This document shows positions 47,609 through 58,618 of a stretch of DNA of 64,000 nucleotides, one piece after another. This DNA comes from an uncultured Candidatus Saccharibacteria bacterium. Its GTDB lineage: Bacteria > Patescibacteriota > Dojkabacteria > SC72. A program made the translations under genes and the position numbers. Under the pieces are notes generated by a model. It did no database searches. It saw only the letters and a program-made list of their open reading frames with translations, and was not told where the DNA came from. Numbering within the stretch: position 1 is the stretch's first letter; each line of letters starts with the position of its first letter. The stretch covers positions 37,427 through 101,426 of the forward strand of contig CAZZPP010000003.1 of assembly GCA_964655705.1 (NCBI GenBank). The letters run 5' to 3'.

Positions 47609-48134
47609 CCTTTTTACCCATCTTCTCAATATAATCCTGGATATGTTCACTTATCATTGTAGTTGTATCCTGCCAATCAAGATATTTTGGAATATCTTTA
47701 ACAGTAATCCACTCTGCTTTGAGAGTATCTCCATTGTCTGGATCAGACTCAAATTCATTATCTTTATCTACAAAGACCAATAGTCTAACTTGATATCCGT
47801 TACTATTCCACTGTCCGTCTTCTCCTTTCTCAAATGCCTCTTGATAGAAAAAAGGTTGAATACTATCCACTTGAACATCTCTATTAGTCTCTTCCTTAAC
47901 TTCTCTTACTAATGTATTTTCTACATTTTCATCTTTCTCAACGGTACCTCCAGGCAGTAACCACAGTCCCTCCCTGTTGTAGACTAATAAAACATTCTGC
48001 TTATCTTTACTAATTACCAAGGCATATACCTGCCTAATTTTATCCATTTCAGGGAATTCCTCAGAAAGATATACGTCAAATCTATACTCTTTATCTTTCC
48101 AATTCCAGAGATTTGTATGATGAAGTTGGGCCAT
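47598..48134 (-). CDS. NUDIX hydrolase
   Basis: Nudix box PGGTVEKDENVENTLVREVKEET. Confidence 0.9.
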   Translation of the reverse strand: MAQLHHTNLWNWKDKEYRFDVYLSEEFPEMDKIRQVYALVISKDKQNVLLVYNREGLWLLPGGTVEKDENVENTLVREVKEETNRDVQVDSIQPFFYQEAFEKGEDGQWNSNGYQVRLLVFVDKDNEFESDPDNGDTLKAEWITVKDIPKYLDWQDTTTMISEHIQDYIEKMGKKVKI

Positions 48135-48159
48135 TTTGTATGAAAATGATTATGTTATT

Positions 48160-48230
48160 TTGCCGGACCTAGATTCGAACTAGGATTAACGGTTCCAGAG
48201 ACCGCCGTCCTACCATTAGACGATCCGGCA
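48160..48230 (-). tRNA. tRNA-Gln(CTG)
   Basis: Reverse complement TGCCGGA...GCGGT-CTCTGGA-ACCGT...TCCGGCA; U1-A72 pair. Confidence 0.93.
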
Positions 48231-48253
48231 ATGCCTAAGATTATACTACATCT

Positions 48254-49900
48254 CTATATATTATTAACATATTCCTTAACTCTACTTCTTACCCTAGCTT
48301 CTCCCATTACCTGCATAACTTGATAGAGATCTGGGGTTTGTTTTCTACCTGTTACAGCAACTCTAAGTATCATAGCAACATCTCCTACTTTCCCTTTGTA
48401 TTTTTTAGGGTTGCTTTCATACTCTTTATAATCAATGCAAAATCCATTTTTATCAGCAATTCTTTTTATCTTGTTAAACCACTCATACTGGTCATCACCA
48501 AAGTAGTATGTATCCAAAAAATCAGAAAGCACCTTTTTCTGGATACTGTTATCAATATCCAAAGATTCTTTTTCTAAACCTTTGAACATATCATCGAAAA
48601 ATATCTCGAATTGATGAGTTACATCACTCCATTTCTCAATATCCTTCCTAATCTTTTCTCCTTCCCTTTCAATATTAAAAATGTTTAGACAATATTCTTT
48701 CTGATTAAGTAGTTTCGTATGTATTTCTGGATTGAAAGTTTCTGCCCATTCCAAGGTATTCTCATACACCTCCTGTGCACTTAATCTTGAGATATACTCC
48801 TTACAAACATCCTTTAGCTTAACCATATCAAAGAGAGCTCCAGCCTTGTTAAATTTCTCCAACTTTAGAGTAAATTCTGAAAACGGAAGATTAGGATTTT
48901 GGATTCTCCAATCTGCAAAATTAGAGTTCATAATATTTAAGAAATACTCTAATATCGCTGTATCTGGATATCCATTATTTATAAAGAAAGAAGCATCTGC
49001 TTCTGGATCTTTCCTCTTACTAAGCTTTCTCTTGTTCCCATTATCCATCTTCATTAAAGGAGATGGATGTGCGTAAGGTATTTCTTTAAAACCTAACTTT
49101 TTAAATATCTCTAAATGTAAAGGTATTGAAGGAAACCACTCATATGTCCTTATAACCAAATTAATACCCATTAAAGTATCATCTATTGGGTGAGCAAAAT
49201 GATATGTTGGGTATCCATCAGATTTAAGCAAAACAGCATCCATATCATTTTCAGAAAAGGTGCAGTTAGCTTTAATTAAATCGTTAAATGTAAATTTTTC
49301 TTTAAAATCCCCTGTAGAGTGAAGTCTAATTACAAACTTCTTACCCTCCTGCAGAGCATTTCTTATCAAATCCATATCTGCATCTCTCCATTTAGCCCAC
49401 TGTCCGTAGTATCCAGTTCTTGAGTTACTCTCATTTTGTTTTTCCCTTATTTCTTCTAACTCCTGTGCAGAAGCAAAGCAGGGATATGCTCCCCCTGTAC
49501 TAACAAGATACTTAGCAAAAGCCTTGTATATATCCAATCTTTCACTTTGAATATACGGCCCATATTTACCACCTCTAACACTTTCATCAAAATTGATTCC
49601 GAAGCCTTCTAAACCATCAATTATCAAATCAATACCTCCCTCTATCTCTCTCTTTTTATCTGTATCCTCTATCCTTAAAATATATATACCTTTAGTTTGG
49701 TTAACCAATTTCCTCCCAATTAAAGATGTAAATACTGAACCTAAGTGTAAAAAGCCTGTAGGACTAGGTGCAAATCTTAAAACTAACTGTGATGGTTCGA
49801 GGTTTCTGTTTGGGTATCTATTAAATATATCATCAACACTCTCTTTAACATCTGGAAACAACAATTCTGCTAATTCAATATTTTCCTTCTCTGTTCTCAT
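48254..49900 (-). CDS. gltX: Glutamate--tRNA ligase
   Basis: RFAPSPTGFLHLG, LRIEDTD, YIQSER and KLSKR motifs. Confidence 0.95.
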   Translation of the reverse strand: MRTEKENIELAELLFPDVKESVDDIFNRYPNRNLEPSQLVLRFAPSPTGFLHLGSVFTSLIGRKLVNQTKGIYILRIEDTDKKREIEGGIDLIIDGLEGFGINFDESVRGGKYGPYIQSERLDIYKAFAKYLVSTGGAYPCFASAQELEEIREKQNESNSRTGYYGQWAKWRDADMDLIRNALQEGKKFVIRLHSTGDFKEKFTFNDLIKANCTFSENDMDAVLLKSDGYPTYHFAHPIDDTLMGINLVIRTYEWFPSIPLHLEIFKKLGFKEIPYAHPSPLMKMDNGNKRKLSKRKDPEADASFFINNGYPDTAILEYFLNIMNSNFADWRIQNPNLPFSEFTLKLEKFNKAGALFDMVKLKDVCKEYISRLSAQEVYENTLEWAETFNPEIHTKLLNQKEYCLNIFNIEREGEKIRKDIEKWSDVTHQFEIFFDDMFKGLEKESLDIDNSIQKKVLSDFLDTYYFGDDQYEWFNKIKRIADKNGFCIDYKEYESNPKKYKGKVGDVAMILRVAVTGRKQTPDLYQVMQVMGEARVRSRVKEYVNNI

Positions 49901-49961
49901 AATAAAAAAAGTTGTATAAAGTTATGTTGATATATGTAATATACACTGTTATCATTATACC

Positions 49962-51275
49962 ATGACATTAACAGAAGCAGCATTCTGGACTAAAAGATTA
50001 GGAGTAGTAGCAATTGGGATTGTTTTTCTACTCATAATTGTAGTCTTGATTGCGTTTAATCCTGGAAACACCCCCTTACCTCCTGAGTACCAAACTGCAA
50101 GTTGTGCATGTACAGATAAGGCAGAAGAATTTTTGGAAAATGTACTAACTATTCCCTCCTATGAACTAAAATCTGAATCAACTCCCACCTATGTAGTTCA
50201 AACAGATACAGGTAAATTGGATGACAACCTCCCAGATATTGTCAACGTATATAGGTATGAGAACTTAGGAGAACAGATTAATGCTCAAGCGAAATCAAAG
50301 ATATTGGCTAAAGCAATGGGTTTTAATCAAGACTCAATAATTAGGCAACTAACTTCAGAATATATATGGCAAGATGCACCTTCTCAAAGAGGTCTTAGAG
50401 TAAATGTTAGAGACTTGAATTTCACTTTTAGTACTAATGTAAACAAGATTAAGAGTATTCGATCTCAAGCAGATTTACCTAGTGAGAAGGAGGCCATAGA
50501 TGAGGCAAAAAGAGCTTTAAATACTCTTGGGTTGTATCTCTCTGGATTTGATGAGGTTACTCCTCTAACATTTCTAATTGATATTAATCCTGATGGTACA
50601 TATTCCCAAGCAGACTCTCTGCTTTCTGCAGAATTAATTAGGGTAGACTTTTTGAGGAAATTCCCCTTGATTACAATACCTAGCAATATCCAGGGTGCAG
50701 AAAGGATGGTGTCTTCTCTTGAGAGAAGAAATATGGAGGCTGTAGTAGAGGAAGATACATACAATGAGGAAAGAATAGATGTATATAATTTTAAGACATA
50801 TATGACTCATCAGATTTCTAGTAAATCTAATGTCTCCGTCTATGTTGGTCCAGAGAATGAAGAGGTTGATGCACTAAAAAGTATCTATCAAATTGATTAC
50901 AAGGTATGGGATATTGGGGTAGAGAGTTGTGGAACATATCCTTTGATTAGTGCCGCTGTAGCTGAAGAGAAGATTAAGAATGGACAGGGTAGTATAGTAT
51001 TTCTTAATTACAATAATGATGAAGTAGCTCCTTACTCTCCACAAGAGGTAAAGAAATTTTTAATTACTAGTGTAACTCTTACCTACTATGAAGGACTACT
51101 TGAGCAGAAATTCTTACAACCTGTTTACTATTTTTCAGGAGAAGCAGATTTAGCAGATGGAACAAGAGCTGATTTTGATATCTATTACCCTGCAATTAAT
51201 TATGCAATTGTTACTGACAAGATCGAAATAGAGGCTGCCCCTGTTGATAGTGGTGGAGGTGTCTTTTCACTTTAA
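49962..51275 (+). CDS. Hypothetical membrane-anchored extracytoplasmic protein
   Basis: N-terminal TM; 437 aa; C-terminal L.YYE....FLQPVYYFSG pattern. Confidence 0.65.
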   Translation: MTLTEAAFWTKRLGVVAIGIVFLLIIVVLIAFNPGNTPLPPEYQTASCACTDKAEEFLENVLTIPSYELKSESTPTYVVQTDTGKLDDNLPDIVNVYRYENLGEQINAQAKSKILAKAMGFNQDSIIRQLTSEYIWQDAPSQRGLRVNVRDLNFTFSTNVNKIKSIRSQADLPSEKEAIDEAKRALNTLGLYLSGFDEVTPLTFLIDINPDGTYSQADSLLSAELIRVDFLRKFPLITIPSNIQGAERMVSSLERRNMEAVVEEDTYNEERIDVYNFKTYMTHQISSKSNVSVYVGPENEEVDALKSIYQIDYKVWDIGVESCGTYPLISAAVAEEKIKNGQGSIVFLNYNNDEVAPYSPQEVKKFLITSVTLTYYEGLLEQKFLQPVYYFSGEADLADGTRADFDIYYPAINYAIVTDKIEIEAAPVDSGGGVFSL

Positions 51276-52337
51276 TATCTCTCTCGCATATTTCTCTAAG
51301 AGTGCAGTTTCTTCGAACCTTTTCTGCGAGTCAATTACTACAATAATCAGTTCATTACCATTGGGATATACATAATAACCTGCAAAACACTGTCCTGCTA
51401 GGTCAGTAATGCCTGTTTTTAACCCCTTAATATATCTGTTTGTACCATATAGCTGGTTAGTAGTTAGAATCTCTTTACTGACCAATCCTTCCTGTGTACT
51501 CCAATTAATTACTTCTTTAGAGGTATTTACTGTCTCCAATATCAATGGATATTTTCTAGAAACAGCTGTCAATATCGCAATATCTTTTGTCGTAGAATAG
51601 TTATCAACTTCATCTATACCCGCTGGATTACTAAAACTAGATGATTCCATTCTTAATGTTTTAGCCTTCCTGTTCATTGCCTTTACAAATGCATCATAGC
51701 CACCATATGGGTATGCATTTGCGATTATGTATGCAGAATCGTTGTAGGAACTAATCAACATTGCCTTAAGGATGTTCTCAACAGATATCTTGTCACCATC
51801 CTTAAGACCTAATTGCCAATCTAAATCTTCAGGGATATTTTCTGTAGATACATTAATTGTTTCATCTAGTTGAAATGTCTCTAATACAACTATTGCAGAG
51901 AGTAGTTTAGTTAAACTTGCAACACTCTTTTTGTCATCAATATTTTTCTCATACAATACATCTCCATTAGATGGATTAAAAACTATTGCACCTTGAGAGG
52001 TAATGTCAGTAGGAGATATTACTTTTTTTGAAGAAGAAGAAAGGCTCTCACCATCAATACCCTCATACTGTAAGTATGTTGGAATTTCATTTACAGTTAA
52101 ATACTGGGGCTTAGGTTTGAGAAATGGAAGAGAAATATATATACCGAGACCTAGCAAAACGGATATTAGAATATACAGAGATATTCTCTTAAATTTCTTC
52201 CTCCTTTTACTTCTTTTCTCAACCTCTTTTGCTTGTTTAGCAGCTCTTACAGCTTGTTTGTATAGCTCCCTGTCATATCTTTCATCTGGGAGAGAGTTCC
52301 CTAGATTTTTCTTTTCTTTTAAATCTCCTTTTGTCAT
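51267..52337 (-). CDS. D-alanyl-D-alanine carboxypeptidase (peptidase S11)
   Basis: ASLTK (SxxK), SYN (SxN) and KTG motifs. Confidence 0.92.
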   Translation of the reverse strand: MTKGDLKEKKNLGNSLPDERYDRELYKQAVRAAKQAKEVEKRSKRRKKFKRISLYILISVLLGLGIYISLPFLKPKPQYLTVNEIPTYLQYEGIDGESLSSSSKKVISPTDITSQGAIVFNPSNGDVLYEKNIDDKKSVASLTKLLSAIVVLETFQLDETINVSTENIPEDLDWQLGLKDGDKISVENILKAMLISSYNDSAYIIANAYPYGGYDAFVKAMNRKAKTLRMESSSFSNPAGIDEVDNYSTTKDIAILTAVSRKYPLILETVNTSKEVINWSTQEGLVSKEILTTNQLYGTNRYIKGLKTGITDLAGQCFAGYYVYPNGNELIIVVIDSQKRFEETALLEKYAREILK

Positions 52338-52440
52338 TAATAGTATTGATATTACCAACTACATAGATAATGAGCAAATACTTTGTTGTTCTTTTTAAAG
52401 GATGTAATATATAATAGGGGATAAAATATGTAAAAAGAAT

Positions 52441-53775
52441 ATGCAAAGAACATACATTTCTAAACTAGGAGATTTAATTGGTCAACAAGTAAGAATCAGA
52501 GGTAGGGTTGATACCATAAGAGATCAAGGAAAGATTGTATTTATGGTGTTAAGGGATATTACAGGTAAAGTACAGACTGTATCTTGGTCAGGGGGGGATG
52601 TTAATGTTTTCAATACTGTAAAAAGTTTAACTGCAGAATCTGTTGTAGATGTTTCTGGACTTGTTAAAGATGCAAAACAGGTGGCAGCAGGATATGAGAT
52701 AGAGATACATGAGATAACGGTAGACTCAGTATCTAAGACACCTCTTCCAATTGTAATAGAGCAACCATATTCTAAAAATATTTCTAACTTAGATAAAAGA
52801 CTAGACTACAGATGGTTAGATCTTAGATCTGAGAGAAACAACCTCATGATGAAAGTAGCTACTGTAATGGGTAATAGATTTAGAGAGTATTGTATTCAGA
52901 ATAATTTTGTAGAGATTCAGGGACCTAGAATAATTAGTGCAGCTAGTGAGGGTGGAGCAAATGTGTTTGAGGTTAAATATTTTGATAGGAAAGCATATCT
53001 TGCACAATCTCCACAATTCCATAAGCAGATGGGTATAGCAGCAGACCTAGATAGAGTCTTTAATATGGGACCAGTATTTAGAGCAGAGAAATCTTTTACA
53101 ACAAGACACTTAACAGAGTATACAAGTTTTGATGTAGAGATTGGATATATAGATTCATTTAAGGATGTGTGTAAATTCGAACAAGAGATGATTAAGTATG
53201 TATTAAGTGGAATAAAGAAAGTATATGGTGAGGATATTAAGAGAGTATTCGGAATTGAAATTAATATTCCTAATGGAGATTTCCCATATATCAGCGTAAA
53301 AGAAATAAAAGAGAAACTTGCTAAAGAGAATATCCCAAGTAAGGATGACGGAGACTTCTCACCAGAGGAGGAGAGAGCAATATCAGAGATAATGGAGAAA
53401 GAAACAGGTTGTGAGTTCGTATTTGTATATGACTACCCTCATAACAGAAGGGCTTTCTACCATATGAAAGATGAAAAGAATCCACAAACTGCTTTAGGTT
53501 TTGATCTTTTCTGGAAGGGTATTGAGATTACAACAGGTGCACAAAGAGAGCATAGGGTTGAGAGACTAAAAGAGAGTGCAAAAGAAAGGGGTGTTGAGTT
53601 AACAACTCTGTCTGAATATTTCGAATATTTTGAATATGGATGTCCCCCTCATGGTGGATTTGCATTGGGTACAGAAAGATTCCTAATGAAGCTTTTAGAC
53701 TATGGGAGTATCTTAGAAACAACATATCTTCCTAATACTCCAAATAGGTTAGGGAAATTAATAAATGTTAAATAG
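52441..53775 (+). CDS. aspS: Aspartate--tRNA ligase, short archaeal-type (probably non-discriminating)
   Basis: RLDYRWLDLR, YLAQSPQ, FRAEKS and GCPPHGGF.LG.ER motifs; 444 aa without a GAD insert. Confidence 0.92.
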   Translation: MQRTYISKLGDLIGQQVRIRGRVDTIRDQGKIVFMVLRDITGKVQTVSWSGGDVNVFNTVKSLTAESVVDVSGLVKDAKQVAAGYEIEIHEITVDSVSKTPLPIVIEQPYSKNISNLDKRLDYRWLDLRSERNNLMMKVATVMGNRFREYCIQNNFVEIQGPRIISAASEGGANVFEVKYFDRKAYLAQSPQFHKQMGIAADLDRVFNMGPVFRAEKSFTTRHLTEYTSFDVEIGYIDSFKDVCKFEQEMIKYVLSGIKKVYGEDIKRVFGIEINIPNGDFPYISVKEIKEKLAKENIPSKDDGDFSPEEERAISEIMEKETGCEFVFVYDYPHNRRAFYHMKDEKNPQTALGFDLFWKGIEITTGAQREHRVERLKESAKERGVELTTLSEYFEYFEYGCPPHGGFALGTERFLMKLLDYGSILETTYLPNTPNRLGKLINVK

Positions 53776-53776
53776 A

Positions 53777-55474
53777 TTAAGTAGAAAATCTCCACTCTTT
53801 GACTAGAAACTGAATCTCTTCATTCCCATTCCAAGAATTAATACCTACTCCACCTACAACATCTATCTTGTCATCAATATTTATTTCTTGAGAATCTGAA
53901 TTACAGTTAAACAGTACTAAGGTAATTAAATCTATACCATCTCCTTTACAAATTAATTTCATATGATTACCTAGTTTTCCCATTATCTGTTTTTTTAGAA
54001 CTACCAATCCTGTTACTCCTATTAATGGTTTACTATTACCATATCCAAATGGTTTTAATAGATCTAATTGCTCTACAAGCGTTGTAGAGATACTCTCACT
54101 ACTTAGTAGTAAATCAATATTTAGATTTTTAATTAACATATCCTCAGTAATCTCTTTGTCAGCTATCTCATGTATACATTTACTAAACTCCTTTTGTTTG
54201 TCCTTTTTAATGGTAAAACCCGCAGCTAATTCATGACCTCCATATCTTTCTAAATACTTCTCACATTTAGAAAGTGCATTAGTTATATTAAAGCCAGCTA
54301 TACTTCTAGCAGAGCCCTTAATACCATCAGCACTCTTGCTTCCAACAAGAACAGGTCTATGATATCTCTCATTTAGTTTTCCTGCAATTAACCCTACTAT
54401 ACCCTCATGCCAATCATCTCCTACTACAAAGAGAATTTTCTCTTTACTGTCTTTAATAATTTCCAAAGCCTGGTCTAAGCCATTTTGGGTCATTTGTTGT
54501 CTCTGGAAATTAGTTTCATTAAGAATTTCAGAAATACTTCTACAAACCTCCTCCTTTTCACTAACTAAAAGTTTAACAGCATCTAGTGGTGACCCTATTC
54601 TTCCTACAGCATTAATTCTAGGACCAAGTATATATCCTAGATGGTAACTATCAATTTCCCCTATCTCCAAACCTGATACTTTAATTAACTCCCTTAAGCC
54701 TGTTCTTGTTCCTTTCCTCATTTGTTGAATACCATATTTAACTACAACTCGATTAACATCCAAAAGAGGCATTAAATCGGTAACTGTAGCCATAGCTACA
54801 AGATCTAAACCCTTTGTATCACCATCTATCTCATACTCCATCCCTAACTCTTTTCTAATTGCTTGAATTAGTAAAAATACTACATATGTACCACAAACAT
54901 TAACATTGGGATACTCATGATTAGGGTACATCGGATGAACCAGAGGATACTCAAGAGTATCATCCAAACCCTTCGGAGGTTGATGATGATCAGTAATTAC
55001 AAACTCCAATCCGCTCTCCTTCATGTATGCATTGATTAACTCCCTATCTCTTACTCCACAATCTACAGAAATTAGTAAATCACCCCCCAAATCAATTACA
55101 TCTTTAATGGAGGACTCTGTTAATCCATATCCCTGATTAACTCTACTAGGAATGTATGGAACAGCATTTACTTTCTTACCAAGTTTTTCAGACACCTCTT
55201 TAAAGAGGAATTCCCAAAGTAAACTCACACTACATATACCATCACAATCATAGTCCCCATGTATAACAATATGTTTGTCATCCTTTAGAGCTTTAATTAT
55301 TTTCTTTGCTGCTGACTTAGAATCAAACAGTAAGTTAAAAGGGGGAATATCTTTTAAACTGGAATTGAGAAACACCTCTTTCTCTATTCCTCTACTATCT
55401 AAAATATATCCAACGATATCTTCTGAAACTTTTTTTCTGGGTAATACCCATTTGCTCTTACTCTTAAGACTCAT
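53777..55474 (-). CDS. recJ: ssDNA exonuclease RecJ
   Basis: HGDYDCDG, TDHH, GPRINAVGR, GSARS and GGHELAAG motifs. Confidence 0.95.
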   Translation of the reverse strand: MSLKSKSKWVLPRKKVSEDIVGYILDSRGIEKEVFLNSSLKDIPPFNLLFDSKSAAKKIIKALKDDKHIVIHGDYDCDGICSVSLLWEFLFKEVSEKLGKKVNAVPYIPSRVNQGYGLTESSIKDVIDLGGDLLISVDCGVRDRELINAYMKESGLEFVITDHHQPPKGLDDTLEYPLVHPMYPNHEYPNVNVCGTYVVFLLIQAIRKELGMEYEIDGDTKGLDLVAMATVTDLMPLLDVNRVVVKYGIQQMRKGTRTGLRELIKVSGLEIGEIDSYHLGYILGPRINAVGRIGSPLDAVKLLVSEKEEVCRSISEILNETNFQRQQMTQNGLDQALEIIKDSKEKILFVVGDDWHEGIVGLIAGKLNERYHRPVLVGSKSADGIKGSARSIAGFNITNALSKCEKYLERYGGHELAAGFTIKKDKQKEFSKCIHEIADKEITEDMLIKNLNIDLLLSSESISTTLVEQLDLLKPFGYGNSKPLIGVTGLVVLKKQIMGKLGNHMKLICKGDGIDLITLVLFNCNSDSQEINIDDKIDVVGGVGINSWNGNEEIQFLVKEWRFST

Positions 55475-56111
55475 CTTTACTATACTGCTCAATTAAATCC
55501 CAACTAAAACCCTTTCTAAGTAAAAAGTTAACCATCTTCTGATCTTTAATATCAAATACCCTACCCCTATATCTTTTCTCAAAACTATTCCTTAAAATAT
55601 CAAGTTCATCTACAACCTCTTGCTCACAAACTGTATCTGCAATCTCTCTACTTACTCCCTTTGAGAGTAACTCTCCAATTAAAACACTCTTACCTCTAGG
55701 TTTACTCCTTAATCTTGATTGAACAAACATACGTGCAAAGTTCTCATCATCAATATATTTGTACTTCTTTAATTTAGAAACAATCTCCTCAAAAAAGATA
55801 TCCCACTCAAGATTAATATCCTGCTTAAACCAGATATCCTTTTTCTTAAATTTCAAATTCCTTAAATATCTTAATACCTGGAACTCTGTTTTGGGAGAAT
55901 GGGAAAGATACTCTGTTACTCTAGTTAGAAATCTACTCATTAAATCAGTTTGAACAATCCTCTCCAAAGTATGCTCATCTACATTCAAACCCTCATAGAG
56001 GTTCTCTTTGGCAAGCGTATCTAAGGATATACCACAGAAGAACTGCTCATCAATATATATATTCACCCTGTTAGGGTCTCTCTTTTGATACTCTATTTTT
56101 GTTACTCTCAT
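55464..56111 (-). CDS. recX: Regulatory protein RecX
   Basis: Follows recA; YIDDENFA, EL..KG and FLLRKGF motifs. Confidence 0.88.
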   Translation of the reverse strand: MRVTKIEYQKRDPNRVNIYIDEQFFCGISLDTLAKENLYEGLNVDEHTLERIVQTDLMSRFLTRVTEYLSHSPKTEFQVLRYLRNLKFKKKDIWFKQDINLEWDIFFEEIVSKLKKYKYIDDENFARMFVQSRLRSKPRGKSVLIGELLSKGVSREIADTVCEQEVVDELDILRNSFEKRYRGRVFDIKDQKMVNFLLRKGFSWDLIEQYSKDES

Positions 56112-57128
56112 CTACTTCATTTTAACACGAACAGCTTTCTCAATCTCATCTCTTAATTTCTTGTCTTCCTTAAGAAGTGTAACTGTAGAATCTCTACCCT
56201 GTGCTAACTGTTTCTCTCCATACTTAAACCAAGCACCTGATTTCTCTACAATATTTAAGGTAACAGCAGCATCCAGTATACTACTCTCTTTGTCAATACC
56301 ATATGGATATATCATATCGAAAGTAGCCTCTTTAAATGGTGGAGCCATTTTGTTTTTAACAACCTTAACTACTCTAGTATGACCAACTAAATTACCTTCT
56401 CTCATAATCTTGTCTCTTTGTCTAATATCCATTCTAATGGATGCATAGAATTTCAATGCATTCCCCCCTGTAGTTGTCTCTGGATTACCAAACATAATCC
56501 CTATCTTCATCCTTAACTGGTTTAGAAATATTATGGTTGTACCTGCTTTACCTGCAATAGCTGTAATTTTTCGAAGTGCCTGAGACATTAATCTAGCCTG
56601 TAGACCCATATGACTATCACCCATCTCCCCCTCTATCTCTGCACGAGGTGTTAGTGCTGCTACAGAATCAACAACAATAACTCCAAATGCAGCAGACCGT
56701 ACCAATGTCTCAAGAATCTCTAAAGCCTGTTCTCCAAAATCAGGCTGAGATATATACAATTCATCAATATTTAGGCCGATATTTTTAGCATATGTAGGAT
56801 CAAAAGCATGTTCTGCATCTATGAATGCAACAGAGTCCCCCTTCTTTTGAGCCTCTGCAAGTATATGTATAGCTAAAGTAGTTTTTCCTGAAGACTCAGG
56901 ACCATATATCTCAATTATCCTCCCCTTAGGAACACCCCCTATACCCAATGCCATATCTAAAGAAAGTGCTCCAGTAGGTATGACCTCAGTCTCAATTCTT
57001 TCCTTACTCCCTAATTTCATAATTGAACCCTTACCAAACTGCTTCTCTATTTGAGCTACTGCTACATCAATAGCTTTACTTTTTCCAGAAGAAGCACTTA
57101 CTTTTACCTCTTTAGTCGTAGATACCAT
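56112..57128 (-). CDS. recA: Recombinase RecA
   Basis: [15 protein letters not shown] and [15 protein letters not shown] motifs. Confidence 0.98.
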   Translation of the reverse strand: MVSTTKEVKVSASSGKSKAIDVAVAQIEKQFGKGSIMKLGSKERIETEVIPTGALSLDMALGIGGVPKGRIIEIYGPESSGKTTLAIHILAEAQKKGDSVAFIDAEHAFDPTYAKNIGLNIDELYISQPDFGEQALEILETLVRSAAFGVIVVDSVAALTPRAEIEGEMGDSHMGLQARLMSQALRKITAIAGKAGTTIIFLNQLRMKIGIMFGNPETTTGGNALKFYASIRMDIRQRDKIMREGNLVGHTRVVKVVKNKMAPPFKEATFDMIYPYGIDKESSILDAAVTLNIVEKSGAWFKYGEKQLAQGRDSTVTLLKEDKKLRDEIEKAVRVKMK

Positions 57129-57217
57129 AGTAAATTACTATATTAACTTAAATACATATCCTAAGCATATCAAAGGGATACTTCTTAGTCAAAAAATACA
57201 GTATATATTAATGAAAA

Positions 57218-57835
57218 CTAAACAATTAGAAATGAGGATATATTCCTTACAAGCTCACCCCTTAGTTTATCATCCTCCCTAATATATCTTGCTATCTCTA
57301 GTTGAACAGATGGGACCCTTAACTTATCAGCAACATACTCTCCAAGTGTCTCCTGCAAATCATCAGGACATCTAAATATACAAATATTAATACCCCTAAG
57401 TTTACCCATATCTATTGCTTTCGAGATATCATTAGCTAAAAGAATTGAATTGAAAAATTTTGTAGGATAGTAGATACCAATATCATACTTATATTCATCC
57501 CGAAGACCGTGAATATCTATGAATTTCTTAATCTTTTCTTTCTGTATAATATCAGCTACCTTAGATTTATATGGATTATCTTTTAATTTATGCCAATTAG
57601 GATCATATGCTGTCTCCTGATTTTGAATCACGCCCCATGCAGCTGTTCGAACTGTTACATCCTCTACAATCCTATCTGTAAATTGCTCTCCCCACTTGTA
57701 TGACATTGTTAAAGAAGGTCTCCTGTGAGGATATACATGTGGTGCAGATATACATACTGGAATACTGCCTTGTATGACTTTAATCTCTGATTCTTCTGGC
57801 ATATTTAAGGGTATCATATTCTTACCAATTTTCAT
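57218..57835 (-). CDS. N-formylglutamate amidohydrolase-like (Zn-exopeptidase fold) protein
   Basis: ISAPH...E...DPN...IDIHG...DIG...VQLEI pattern. Confidence 0.6.
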   Translation of the reverse strand: MKIGKNMIPLNMPEESEIKVIQGSIPVCISAPHVYPHRRPSLTMSYKWGEQFTDRIVEDVTVRTAAWGVIQNQETAYDPNWHKLKDNPYKSKVADIIQKEKIKKFIDIHGLRDEYKYDIGIYYPTKFFNSILLANDISKAIDMGKLRGINICIFRCPDDLQETLGEYVADKLRVPSVQLEIARYIREDDKLRGELVRNISSFLIV

Positions 57836-57921
57836 ATATCCGTATTATACAAGCCCATACCCCTATTGATGTAACTAATATGATGTGGTAGATTAAAATA
57901 ATAAATTATATTTTTCTAAAA

Positions 57922-58572
57922 ATGGTAAAAAGAAAACCATTGCTATTCTCCCTTGTAATTATGTTATTTCTGTTGCCAATATCTTTTGCTTTCGCGCAAG
58001 AAGATTCTACAATGGATTATGAGGTAACAACATATGAGGATGATATCGATTACGAATTGTTTGACGAGGAGTTCGCAGATACTATTGAAGATATGTATGA
58101 GAACGCTCCAGACGATATGTTAGTATCACCAACACCAGAGGAGATATCAAAAGAAGGAGTATTTGCAATTTTAGCAGGTATGGGAATACTAATGATTTTC
58201 CCACTTCTCATCTCCCTTGCTACTTACATATTTTCATCCTTAGCACTAGCTAAGATTGGAAATGATTTAGGATACAAAAACTCTTGGTTTGCATGGATAC
58301 CTTTACTAAGTACCATTATGCTAATGCAACTGGGAGAGAAGAGTGCTTGGTGGATATTAGTACCATTTGTAGGACAGATAATGATGATAATTGCAATTAT
58401 GAGAATTACTGAGCGAAGAGGATATGACAAACTATTAGGTCTAATAGTATTAACTGGTATAGGTGCATATGTATTACTCTATCTTTTAGCATGGAGTCCA
58501 AAAAATGCTACAACCCCAATACAAGCAAATACAACGACACCTGTGCAACCGACTACACCAACACAGATGTAA
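57922..58572 (+). CDS. Membrane protein with DUF5684-like domain
   Basis: Signal peptide, acidic region, SWFAWIP...AWWILVPF TM region. Confidence 0.65.
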   Translation: MVKRKPLLFSLVIMLFLLPISFAFAQEDSTMDYEVTTYEDDIDYELFDEEFADTIEDMYENAPDDMLVSPTPEEISKEGVFAILAGMGILMIFPLLISLATYIFSSLALAKIGNDLGYKNSWFAWIPLLSTIMLMQLGEKSAWWILVPFVGQIMMIIAIMRITERRGYDKLLGLIVLTGIGAYVLLYLLAWSPKNATTPIQANTTTPVQPTTPTQM

Positions 58573-58596
58573 TACATTGAAACAAGGTAGGGGATT

Positions 58597-58618
58597 AAGA
58601 GGGCTTTTTAGCCCTCTT
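58597..58618. terminator. Probable terminator hairpin between convergent genes
   Basis: AAGAGGGCT-TTTT-AGCCCTCTT, a perfect 9-bp stem overlapping the rmuC stop. Confidence 0.6.
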
